NCBI GenBank assembly: GCA_025450405.1
Contig: JANWHL010000016.1
Location: forward strand, 1 to 32,000
Direction: 5' to 3'
Length of the DNA stretch: 32,000 nt
Source: Ktedonobacterales bacterium
GTDB lineage: Bacteria > Chloroflexota > Ktedonobacteria > Ktedonobacterales > JADMIN01
Below are positions 1 to 7,548 of this stretch, in pieces. The notes beneath the pieces are model-generated. The model was not told the DNA's origin. It was given only the letters and a program-made list of their open reading frames with translations, and made no database searches. The position numbers and the translations under genes are program-made. Position 1 is the first letter of the stretch. Every line of letters begins with the position of its first letter.

Positions 1-160
1 AGGCCGCGAGCGTGCGGTCCGAGAAGACCACACCCCAGCCGTAGGTCGCGTCAGCCGGGTTGCGCTCGACGATCGTGACCTCGTGGGTCGGATGGGCCTT
101 CTTGATCAGCAGGCCGCAGTAGAGACCAGCGGGTCCGCCGCCGAGGATTGCGATCTTCAC
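1..160 (-). CDS. FAD-dependent monooxygenase, N-terminal fragment (gene continues past the left edge)
   Basis: Reverse-strand translation from GTG at 158-160 gives VKIAILGGGPAGLYCGLLIKKAHPTHEVTIVERNPADATYGWGVVFSDRTLAA. It has a GxGxxG Rossmann FAD-binding fingerprint plus GWGVVFSD, as in salicylyl-/anthraniloyl-CoA-type flavin monooxygenases. The start overlaps the upstream stop as GTGA (157-160). Confidence 0.6.
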   Translation of the reverse strand, partial: MKIAILGGGPAGLYCGLLIKKAHPTHEVTIVERNPADATYGWGVVFSDRTLAA

Positions 161-1053
161 GTCGCCGGCTCCCTCGTGGTAGTGGGGGCCGCGCGTGGCT
201 CGCCCATGGGTTCGAGGATCTCCGCGAGCCGATCGATCTGGTCGAGGCCACCGACCGCAGGGAGCAGGACCAACTCGTCGCAGCCCGCCTCGGCATAGCC
301 CTGGAGGAACTGGGCGATGGCCTGGGGACTGGTGAGGAGGCCCGCGGCGACTTTCTCGGCAAAGGGGCCGGTGAAGGCGTAGTAGTGGCGCAAGTAGTCG
401 GCGGCCGCGGTGAGCGTGGCCGCGTCGCCAAGGGCGAAGTAGCCCTGGGCCCAGAGCAGCGGACGACCAGGCCGGCACAGGTCGCTCCAGGCGGCACGGG
501 CTTTGTCGGCGGCACGTGCGAACGCCCTGGGCGGGCCACCACCATGGACATAGCCATCGGCGTAGCGGGCGACGCGGGTGAACGCCTGATCGCTCTGGCC
601 GCCTACGAGCAGCTCGGGGCCGCGGCGGCGCGCGCCGGTGGGACCGAAGGACCCACTTTCCCAGTGCTGGCGCAGGGCGGCCAGTTGATCCGTAAAGCGC
701 CGGCCACGCGTCCGATGGTCCACGCCCGCGGCGGCATAGTCTTCGTGCCGCGCGCCCACACCCAACCCGAGGACCAACCGCCCGCCGGACAGGGAGTCGA
801 TGGAGGCCGCAGTTTTGGCGAGGATTGCGGTGTTGCGCAGCGGTGCCACGGCCACCATGGTTACGAGGCGCACGCGTTCGGTGACGGCGGCGGCAGCGGC
901 GACCGCCACCAACGCATCGAAACCGTCGTAGACCAGCCGATCCAGGACGCCAAGACTGGTGAAGGGGCCGGCCTCGGCGCGCCGTGCCCACTCCACCACC
1001 GCCCGACCGTCCATTCCCGGTACGGTGGTCGGCAGCCCGATACCCACCCGCAT
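157..1053 (-). CDS. LLM-class (luciferase-like) flavin/F420-dependent oxidoreductase
   Basis: Lies in ORF 157..1167(-). I prefer the internal ATG at 1051-1053 (MRVGIGLPTT...), which is preceded by GAAGGGAGG. Family-typical segments are present: GFDALVAVAAAAAVTERVRLVT, SIDSLSGGRLVLGLGVG and GCDELVLLP. Confidence 0.8.
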   Translation of the reverse strand: MRVGIGLPTTVPGMDGRAVVEWARRAEAGPFTSLGVLDRLVYDGFDALVAVAAAAAVTERVRLVTMVAVAPLRNTAILAKTAASIDSLSGGRLVLGLGVGARHEDYAAAGVDHRTRGRRFTDQLAALRQHWESGSFGPTGARRRGPELLVGGQSDQAFTRVARYADGYVHGGGPPRAFARAADKARAAWSDLCRPGRPLLWAQGYFALGDAATLTAAADYLRHYYAFTGPFAEKVAAGLLTSPQAIAQFLQGYAEAGCDELVLLPAVGGLDQIDRLAEILEPMGEPRAAPTTTREPAT

Positions 1054-1129
1054 GGCGACCTCCCTTCCTCGGGCGCATGATATCATGCTGGGCAGCTCCC
1101 AGGCTGGTGGCGCAAAAAGGAGGCGGACG

Positions 1130-1549
1130 ATGCGCGTACGACGCTTCTCGGCGGATCGCGGGTCCAAGGTGCCAGGTGGCCATCCGGGTCTGTTCGCCGT
1201 GCCCGTGCTCTGGGACCAGGCGCTCGCGCGGGGGCAGGACTCGGATGACCTAGCGCGCCGCCTGAACGGGGCGCCGCTGCTGGTGGACGCGCCAGTTGCG
1301 GTTGCCGCGCTCTACTTTGATCCGAATGCGCGGATGGACGAGCATGATGCCGACCACCCGATCCTTTTGCTGGTGACGAGCGGACAGGGATTCGTGCGGC
1401 TTGGCGGAGCCGCGGGTGAAACGCGCGCGATCGGCGCGGGCGACGCGGTGTTGTGGCCGGCGGGCATCCTCCATACGGTGTGGACTGAAGACCAGCCACT
1501 GGCGGGCATCGCGGTCGAATGCCCACGGGAGCGTGGGGCGGCCGACTAA
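1130..1549 (+). CDS. cupin domain protein
   Basis: Lies in ORF 959..1549(+). The ATG at 1130 is preceded by AAAGGAGG. The C-terminal core ILLLVTSGQGFVRLGGAAGETRAIGAGDAVLWPAGILHTVWTE matches the two-motif cupin beta-barrel pattern (G-x-G... GD-x-x-x-x-P-x-G-x-x-H). Confidence 0.6.
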   Translation: MRVRRFSADRGSKVPGGHPGLFAVPVLWDQALARGQDSDDLARRLNGAPLLVDAPVAVAALYFDPNARMDEHDADHPILLLVTSGQGFVRLGGAAGETRAIGAGDAVLWPAGILHTVWTEDQPLAGIAVECPRERGAAD

Positions 1550-1579
1550 TTCCAAATCGCGTTGTGTCGACGCGGTTGA

Positions 1580-1905
1580 CTGGCGGCTGAAGACGCGTCG
1601 GGCGTCCACCGGACGCCCCTACCAAGCCTCCAGCTACGAAGGCCACCGGCGTGGCCTAGGAGGCGATGGTGGGGCAGCGCACCGGCGTGGCCTGGGCGGA
1701 GAGACGGTATGAAACGCGACACGACGGAAGGTTTCCACGCTGGTGACGCCGGGCGGGCACCGGACGGGCGGTATAATGTTGGGGACGCCGGGCGTCCACC
1801 GGACACCACTGCGGCATTGGGGACGCTGGGCGTCCACGGGACCGGGCGACGGGTGTCCCGCTGAGGCCGTCCACCGAACGGCCCAACGATAGAGACGCTG
1901 GGTGT
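1580..1905. repeat. array of degenerate GC-rich palindromic (REP-like) units
   Basis: The complementary 7-mers GGCGTCC and GGACGCC (and variants) alternate. Examples are GGGCGTCCACCGGACGCCC at 1600-1618, GGCCACCGGCGTGGCC at 1641-1656, GGGCGTCCACCGGACACC at 1790-1807 and GGCCGTCCACCGAACGGCC at 1865-1883. From about 1751 onward the units recur roughly every 37-39 nt (GGGGACGCY-GGGCGTCCAC...). The 55-nt left end (1580-1634) recurs at 30357-30411. Confidence 0.75.
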
Positions 1906-1940
1906 GCATACGCCCCCTTGCCGCCAGTGGACTTCCACGG

Positions 1941-1975
1941 TATACTCATCGCGTGAATACTCAATGAGTGAGTAT
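1941..1975. promoter_or_regulatory. candidate operator/promoter: three ATACTCA half-sites upstream of the ABC operon
   Basis: ATACTCA occurs at 1942-1948 and 1957-1963, and its reverse complement TGAGTAT at 1969-1975. The palindrome is ATACTCA-ATGAG-TGAGTAT. It forms an AT-rich island in very GC-rich DNA, about 50 nt upstream of the likely TTG start at 2028. Confidence 0.35.
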
Positions 1976-2027
1976 CCTCGCGCGGCGACGTTCGCCGGGC
2001 GAGCGTTGGCGCGAATGGGGGATAGGC

Positions 2028-3044
2028 TTGTCGCAGCCGGCACGACATCGGTGGATCGTTGGTGGGAAGGGCCCGGGAAGCGCGCTGCTGTCGTGCGCGC
2101 TGTTGGCCGGCGTGTGCGTGCTCGCGGCTTGCGGCTCCGCGCCGGCGACCGTCCCGAAAAACACCGTCAACATCGCGTATGCGGGTTCGCTGGTCAATCT
2201 CATGGAGCACCACCTCGTCCCTGGCTTCGAGCATGCCACAGGCTACCCCGCGCAGGGGAAGGGCGCGGGTTCCACGGCGCTCGCCAATCAGATCAAGAGC
2301 AAGCTGATTCAACCCGACGTGTTCATCAGTGCGTCAACTGGGGCGTACAAAACGTTGCAGGGCGACGCGAATGGCAACCTCGTTACCTGGTATATGAGCT
2401 TCGCGGCGACTTCGATGGTCATTGGCTACAGCCCGAAAAGCCAGTACGCCAGCCAGTTCCAGGCGGCAGCCAATGGGGGCACGCCGTGGTACCAGGTGCT
2501 AGAAACGCCGGGTCTGCGCCTGGGTCGGACCGATCCGGCCCTCGACCCCAAGGGCGTGAACACGCTGTACACGGTCCAGCTTGCCGCCATCTACTACCAG
2601 CAGACTGGCCTCGCCCAAGGCGTCCTGGGGGCGAACAACAATCCCGCGCAGATCTTCCCGGAGGAGGATTTGGTCGCGCGTCTCGGTTCGGGCCAGTTGG
2701 ACGCGGGCTTCTTCTACCTCAATGAGGTGAAGGATGCCGGACTGCCGTACATCGCGCTTCCCGCCCAGATCAACCTGGGAGATCCCACCGAGGCGACTTA
2801 TTATGCGCAGGCGAGCTACACACCCGCCGGGGGCACGAAACAGACCGGCAAGCCGATCCTGTACAGCGTGACCATCCTCTCGATGGCCAAGAACGCGGTG
2901 GGCGGTGACGCCTTCGTGAAGTATCTGCTCGGCAGCGCTGGTCAGGGGCTGCTGACCGCGGACGGCATTCGCCCAATCGCCATCGCGTTCAGCGGGGACG
3001 CCTCCAAAGTGCCCGCCGATCTGGCACAATACACTCACAGCTAG
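2028..3044 (+). CDS. ABC transporter periplasmic oxyanion-binding lipoprotein (molybdate/tungstate WtpA/ModA-like)
   Basis: Lies in ORF 1968..3044(+). A start at TTG 2028 (or GTG 1968) gives a signal peptide ending in the lipobox LAAC|GS. The mature protein begins NIAYAGSLVNLME...GKGAGSTALANQI...DVFISAS, typical of type-II oxyanion-binding proteins. It is followed by a cognate permease and ATPase. The exact start is uncertain. Confidence 0.7.
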   Translation: MSQPARHRWIVGGKGPGSALLSCALLAGVCVLAACGSAPATVPKNTVNIAYAGSLVNLMEHHLVPGFEHATGYPAQGKGAGSTALANQIKSKLIQPDVFISASTGAYKTLQGDANGNLVTWYMSFAATSMVIGYSPKSQYASQFQAAANGGTPWYQVLETPGLRLGRTDPALDPKGVNTLYTVQLAAIYYQQTGLAQGVLGANNNPAQIFPEEDLVARLGSGQLDAGFFYLNEVKDAGLPYIALPAQINLGDPTEATYYAQASYTPAGGTKQTGKPILYSVTILSMAKNAVGGDAFVKYLLGSAGQGLLTADGIRPIAIAFSGDASKVPADLAQYTHS

Positions 3045-3064
3045 CGGTTGAAGGGAGCCGATGA

Positions 3065-3895
3065 GTGGCGGAGCGCGCGTCCACCCTCGTGATTGAGCCA
3101 AAAGGCGGGCCCGATCGCGGGACCGTTGTGCTCTGGCTGTTGGGCGCGGCGGCGTTCGCATACCTCGCGCTTCCGCTCGCCAACTTGCTCATCGTGGAGC
3201 CATGGGGGGCGGTGCCGGCGGCCCTCGCGGATCCCCTCGCCGTCGACGCGCTGGTGACGTCGCTGGTGAGCGCCTCGATCACGACCGTCTGCGTTGCCGC
3301 CTTGGGCATTCCCCTCGCATACGTCCTGGCGCACTGGCGTTTCCCACTCCACGCCATAGTGACGCTGCTCGTGTATGTGCCGCTCGTCTTTCCCGCGGTC
3401 GTCAGCGGCATCGTCCAGTTGCTCGTGTACGGGCCGTATGGCCCCATCGGCGCGTTTTGGGCCATGCACGGGTTGGAGCTCGATAGCTCGCTCGCCGGCA
3501 CGGTGCTGGCCCAGACGTTTGTCGCGGCGCCGTTTGCCATTGTGGCGAGCCGCGCCGCGTTCGAGGCGGTGGATCCGGCGACCGAACGGGTGGCGATGAC
3601 CCTGGGCGCGACACGCTGGCGCGTGTTCTGGAGCGTCAGCCTGCCCCAGGCGGGTGGCGGTGTCGTGGCCGGACTGATCCTCACCTGGTTGCGGGCAATG
3701 GGCGAGTTTGGGGCGACCGCCGTGATGGCCTACCATCCTTACACGCTGCCGGTCTATACGTATGTACAGCTGACCGGCCTGGGCCTGCCGGCGGCGCTGC
3801 CGCTGGCGCTGCTGGCGCTGGCGGCGAGCGTGTTGGCCATCACCGCGGCGCTGGCGGTGACCGCGCGAGGCCGGCTGTTCGGAACGCGGACGTGA
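3065..3895 (+). CDS. ABC transporter permease (CysTW/ModB-type)
   Basis: GTG start at 3065, preceded by GAAGGGAG. The protein has multiple hydrophobic segments and an EAA-loop-like segment, AAFEAVDPATERVAMTLGATRWRVFWSVSLP, characteristic of molybdate/sulfate-family permeases. Confidence 0.85.
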   Translation: MAERASTLVIEPKGGPDRGTVVLWLLGAAAFAYLALPLANLLIVEPWGAVPAALADPLAVDALVTSLVSASITTVCVAALGIPLAYVLAHWRFPLHAIVTLLVYVPLVFPAVVSGIVQLLVYGPYGPIGAFWAMHGLELDSSLAGTVLAQTFVAAPFAIVASRAAFEAVDPATERVAMTLGATRWRVFWSVSLPQAGGGVVAGLILTWLRAMGEFGATAVMAYHPYTLPVYTYVQLTGLGLPAALPLALLALAASVLAITAALAVTARGRLFGTRT

Positions 3896-4065
3896 CGCCG
3901 GACGAATGAGACCAAATCGTGATGATCAGTGGTGGTGGCCCTAGCGGTTGAAAGCGCTGCTGGACGGCCTTCGGCCACGAAGTCCCCCTGCGGGGACTAT
4001 CCAGAATTGGTATGACATGTGGGCGGGAAACGGCGCCATCAGGAAGCAAGCGTCTGAAGGTAACC

Positions 4066-5319
4066 ATGAGCCAGGGTCTGCGAGTGGATATCGAGGTCAA
4101 GTTGCCCGCATTCGGGCTGCGGGCCGCGTTCGACGTGCCGCCAGGGCTGACCGTCCTCTTCGGCCCATCGGGCGCGGGCAAGAGCCTGACCCTGCAGGCG
4201 ATCGCGGGTCTCGTCGCGCCGGAGCGCGGGCGCATCGTCCTGGGTGGCCAGACGGTGCTCGACACGGCGCAGCGGTTGGCGCTGCCGCCGCGCGGCCGGC
4301 GGATCGGGTACGTCCCGCAGCAGTACGCGCTCTTCCCGCACCTCTCGGTCGCCCAGAACGTGGCCTACGCTCTGCCGCGGCGGTTTCCGCCGTGGGACCG
4401 CGTGGCGGCCGAGCGCCGCGCGCGGCGTGTCGCGGAGCTGCTGGCGCTGGTTCGCTTGCCGGGGTTCGAAGACCGCCGGCCGCGCGAGCTCTCGGGCGGG
4501 CAGGCGCAGCGTGTGGCCCTCGCGCGGGCGCTCGCCGCCCAGCCGCGGGCGCTGCTGCTGGACGAGCCGCTGGGGGCGCTGGACGCGCCGACCCGCGCCG
4601 CCGTGCGCGACGACTTGCGTGCGGTGGTGGTGGAGAGCGGCGTGCCGGCGATCGTGGTGACGCACGATCTGGCCGAGGCGCGGGCCCTGGGCGACCGGCT
4701 GGTGGTGCTTACGAATGGGACCGTGGCGGCAGCCGGCCCGATCGCCGACGTGCTGGCGTCGCCGACAACGGACGAGGCGGCGCTGCTGCTGGGGTGGCGT
4801 AACGTGCTGGCGGTGGCGGAGGTGGCCAGGGACGGCGCGCGCGCGGAAGTGACGGTCGCGGGTGGCCAACGCGTGCTGGCGGAGGCGGGGGATATTGGGC
4901 GCGCCGCGTCCGGGGCACGGCCGGGGCGGGCGCTGGCGTTGCACGCCGATCGGCTGGAACTGCGCAGAGACGAGCTGGTTGGTGGACATGAAGAGACGAC
5001 CGCGGAGGCGTCATCGGGCGCGATTCAAGGTCGGCGTGGCGACCCGGAGGCGGGACGGACCGTCCGCGGCGCTGTGGTGGGGGTGGAAGACGCGGGGGCG
5101 TTCTACGTCGTCCGTGTGGCGTTGATCGCTGGAGCGGCTGGCGGGAATCCGGGGGCGGAGCTCGTGGCGACGTGCTCGCCGCGCGAATGGGCGCTGCTTG
5201 GCGCGACGGTGGGCGAGCGTGTTGTGGCCCACGTACCGGCTGGCGCCGCGCGGCTCGTCCGTCGCCACATGGCGGACGCGAGCGGCGTACGGGGGGAGGC
5301 CGGAGATGGAGAACGGTGA
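4066..5319 (+). CDS. ABC transporter ATP-binding protein with C-terminal TOBE/Mop-like domain (ModC-like)
   Basis: ATG at 4066 (MSQGLRVDIEV). Walker A is GPSGAGKS, the signature is LSGGQAQRVALARAL and Walker B is LLLDEPLGALD. The roughly 190-aa C-terminal extension contains beta-rich RGAVVGVEDAGAFYVVRVAL...GERVVAHVPAGAARLV, resembling the TOBE domains of ModC/CysA. Confidence 0.85.
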   Translation: MSQGLRVDIEVKLPAFGLRAAFDVPPGLTVLFGPSGAGKSLTLQAIAGLVAPERGRIVLGGQTVLDTAQRLALPPRGRRIGYVPQQYALFPHLSVAQNVAYALPRRFPPWDRVAAERRARRVAELLALVRLPGFEDRRPRELSGGQAQRVALARALAAQPRALLLDEPLGALDAPTRAAVRDDLRAVVVESGVPAIVVTHDLAEARALGDRLVVLTNGTVAAAGPIADVLASPTTDEAALLLGWRNVLAVAEVARDGARAEVTVAGGQRVLAEAGDIGRAASGARPGRALALHADRLELRRDELVGGHEETTAEASSGAIQGRRGDPEAGRTVRGAVVGVEDAGAFYVVRVALIAGAAGGNPGAELVATCSPREWALLGATVGERVVAHVPAGAARLVRRHMADASGVRGEAGDGER

Positions 5320-5956
5320 AGAAGGTCCTGGCGACGTCCGTGGCGGCGCGGACCAGGCACTGGCCATGGCGGGAGCGCGACCACAGCGTGGTGCGCCGCG
5401 GCACGAGGTTGCCGAGTACGCGCTGATGGGACTGCTGCGCGACGGGCCAGCCCATGGCTACCGCCTGGCGGCGGCATTTGAGCCAGTCGGGCGGTTGGGT
5501 CAGATCCTCCGCCTCAAGATGAGCCTGATGTACGCGTATCTGCACAAATTGGAGCGCCAGGGCTGGGTGACGGCACGGACGGAAGCGGGCGAAGGTGGGC
5601 GACAGCGCCGCGAATTCGCGATCACGCCCGCTGGGGAGACGGCGTTCGACCGCTGGGTGGCGGAGCCGGTTGGCGCCACGCGCGAGGTGCGACTGGACTT
5701 TATGGTCAAGCTCGCGTTCGCCAGCGAGCGTGATCAGCGGATAGCGGTGGCGCTGGTGGGGCGCCAGACGCAGGCCGCCTCGGACCGGCTGGAGCGGTTA
5801 CGCGCTCAATTGGCACGCCTGCCAGCGAGCGAACGCGATGGCGTGGTCGGGCTGGTGCTGGGCCACCGCGCGCGCCAGACGGAGGCGACGCTCATCTGGC
5901 TGGCTGAGGTGCGTGAGCGGCTCGGGGCAAGCCCGGGCGCGAAGAGTGCGGAATGA
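5306..5956 (+). CDS. PadR family transcriptional regulator
   Basis: ATG at 5306, preceded by GGGGGGAGG. It overlaps the ATPase gene by 14 nt. The winged-helix core is AEYALMGLLRDGPAHGYRLAAAF...LMYAYLHKLERQGWVTAR...RREFAITPAGETAF, followed by a helical C-terminal domain. Confidence 0.8.
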   Translation: MENGEEGPGDVRGGADQALAMAGARPQRGAPRHEVAEYALMGLLRDGPAHGYRLAAAFEPVGRLGQILRLKMSLMYAYLHKLERQGWVTARTEAGEGGRQRREFAITPAGETAFDRWVAEPVGATREVRLDFMVKLAFASERDQRIAVALVGRQTQAASDRLERLRAQLARLPASERDGVVGLVLGHRARQTEATLIWLAEVRERLGASPGAKSAE

Positions 5957-6109
5957 GACGGTCGGTGGAGTCGTCCACGGGGGTAGAGTGGCCAACTCCA
6001 GGCCCGTGCGCACCGCGCGGCTGGCGGTGTAGCTTATCTCGGTGCGATGTGGGGGCGAGATGAGGGGGCGAGCTCGGCTTCGGCGTCCAGTAGTCACGTC
6101 GATCACGTT

Positions 6110-7444
6110 CTAGACGAGTCCCGGAATCCGCCCGCCGAAGGTCGAGTACAGCAAGAGCACGTTCAGCCCCACGATGACCGCTCCGCAGGCGGCGGCGAGC
6201 ACGGTCGTGATGCGGCGGTTGACGAGCGCGCCCATGACGTCGCGGCGACGGGTGAAGAACACCAGGGTGATGACCGGCAGCGGCAGGACGAAACTGAGGA
6301 CCACCTGGCTGATGACCAGCGTGCGCGTGGGGTCGAGCCCGATCAGAATGACGATGATGGCGGGCAACATGGTGACGAGCCGGCGCACCCAGATCGGGAT
6401 CGTGAACCCGACGAATCCCTGCATGATCACCTGGCCGGCCATGGTGCCCACTGACGAGCTGGAGAGGCCCGAGGCCAGGAGCGAGACCGCGAAGACGATA
6501 CCGGCCGCGCTCCCCAGCAGAGGGGTCAGGGTCCGGTAGGCGCTCGAGATGTCGGCGATGTTGGCCAGCCCGCGGGCGTGGAAGGTGGCGGCGGCCATGT
6601 AGAGCATCGCCATATTCACCAGGCCGGCCAAGCCCATCGCGATGATGACGTCGGGGATGGTGAAGTGGAAGATGCGCCGTGCCTCGGCCTCCGTGCGCGG
6701 GACGATGCGGCGTGTCGTCAGCGCGGAGTGCAGGTAGATGACGTGCGGCATCACCGTCGCGCCGATGATCCCGACCGAGAACAAGACACTCTCGCGTCCG
6801 CCCTCCCAGGGCAGCACGCTGTGCAACGCGACCAACCCCCAATCGGGCCGCGAGAGGAAGGTCTCGACCACATAGCAGACGGCGATGACGCCCACCAACG
6901 CCGTGATCACCGCCTCCAGGGGCCGCACACCGCGCGTCTCCAGCAGCAGTATGAGGTAGGTCGCCACCCCGGTGAGCAGCGCGGCGAAAATGAGCGGGAT
7001 GTGAAAGAGCAAGTTGAGGCCAAGGCTGGCACCCAGAAATTCGGCGAGGTCGGTGGCCATCGCCGCGACCTCGGACGCGATCCACATCGCGTAGACGACG
7101 GCGGGGCGGAACTCTTCGCGACACAGCTCGGCGAGGTTCTGTCCGGTGGCGAGGCCCAACTTCGCGGACATTGTTTGGAGCAGCATGGCCATGAGGTTGG
7201 CGACCACAATGACCCAGAGCAGGTTGTAGCCAAAGGCGCTGCCACCCTGGATGTTGGTGGCGAAATTGCCGGGGTCGATATAGGCCACACAGGCGATGAA
7301 CGCGGGACCGATGAACGGCAGGATCGCGCGCACTCCACGCTGACGGCCGTCCAGCGCGGCATGCGCGGCCGCGGTGAGGCCCGTCTCAATTGGATGTACG
7401 GCGATTATCTCGCCGCTGGCCTGTTCTGGTGGATACGCCCTCAT
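6110..7444 (-). CDS. mntH: NRAMP-family divalent metal (Mn2+/Fe2+) transporter
   Basis: Lies in ORF 6110..7483(-). I prefer the ATG at 7442-7444 (MRAYPPEQ), which has GAGGA upstream. It carries the NRAMP signature AYIDPGNFATNIQGGSAFGYNLLWV and about 11 hydrophobic segments. Confidence 0.9.
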   Translation of the reverse strand: MRAYPPEQASGEIIAVHPIETGLTAAAHAALDGRQRGVRAILPFIGPAFIACVAYIDPGNFATNIQGGSAFGYNLLWVIVVANLMAMLLQTMSAKLGLATGQNLAELCREEFRPAVVYAMWIASEVAAMATDLAEFLGASLGLNLLFHIPLIFAALLTGVATYLILLLETRGVRPLEAVITALVGVIAVCYVVETFLSRPDWGLVALHSVLPWEGGRESVLFSVGIIGATVMPHVIYLHSALTTRRIVPRTEAEARRIFHFTIPDVIIAMGLAGLVNMAMLYMAAATFHARGLANIADISSAYRTLTPLLGSAAGIVFAVSLLASGLSSSSVGTMAGQVIMQGFVGFTIPIWVRRLVTMLPAIIVILIGLDPTRTLVISQVVLSFVLPLPVITLVFFTRRRDVMGALVNRRITTVLAAACGAVIVGLNVLLLYSTFGGRIPGLV

Positions 7445-7548
7445 CGTGCCGTCCTCGTCGTTACCCGCCCGTGCGCACATCACCCGGGCTCACAAGCGCT
7501 CGCGCCAGTTGCGCATTCTGGCGGCTGATCGCGGTGGGCATGGGTGCG

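Noticed and set aside
1580-1905. Could the repeat cluster be a CRISPR array?
   Set aside because: The units are degenerate rather than identical. The 'spacers' are themselves repeat-derived and irregular in length. The repeats are inverted copies of one another. No cas genes or leader are present, and a copy occurs singly at 30357-30411. A REP/BIME-like element explains it better.
1550-2027. Could the long leader before the molybdate/tungstate-type operon be a Moco/Tuco riboswitch?
   Set aside because: The genomic context would fit, and nested pairings exist (GCCTCC...GGCCAC/GTGGCC...GGAGGC at about 1627-1665). However, I cannot recognise the conserved Moco-motif core from memory. The dominant sequence element also occurs at an unrelated locus (30357-30411), which favours a REP explanation. 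An Infernal scan with Rfam RF01055 would be decisive.
1656-2312. ORF 1656..2312(-) 218 aa and ORF 1546..2043(-) 165 aa, which cover the repeat array.
   Set aside because: They run antisense through the REP-like array and into the 5' end of the binding-protein gene. They lack an RBS and any motif, and their sequence is dictated by the palindromic repeats.
3041-3052. A 12-nt exact repeat, CTAGCGGTTGAA, occurs at 3041-3052 and 3941-3952. Both copies are at gene junctions of the ABC operon, exactly 900 nt apart.
   Set aside because: In 32 kb, tens of exact 12-mer repeat pairs are expected by chance. The flanks diverge immediately, so the repeat is not significant on its own.
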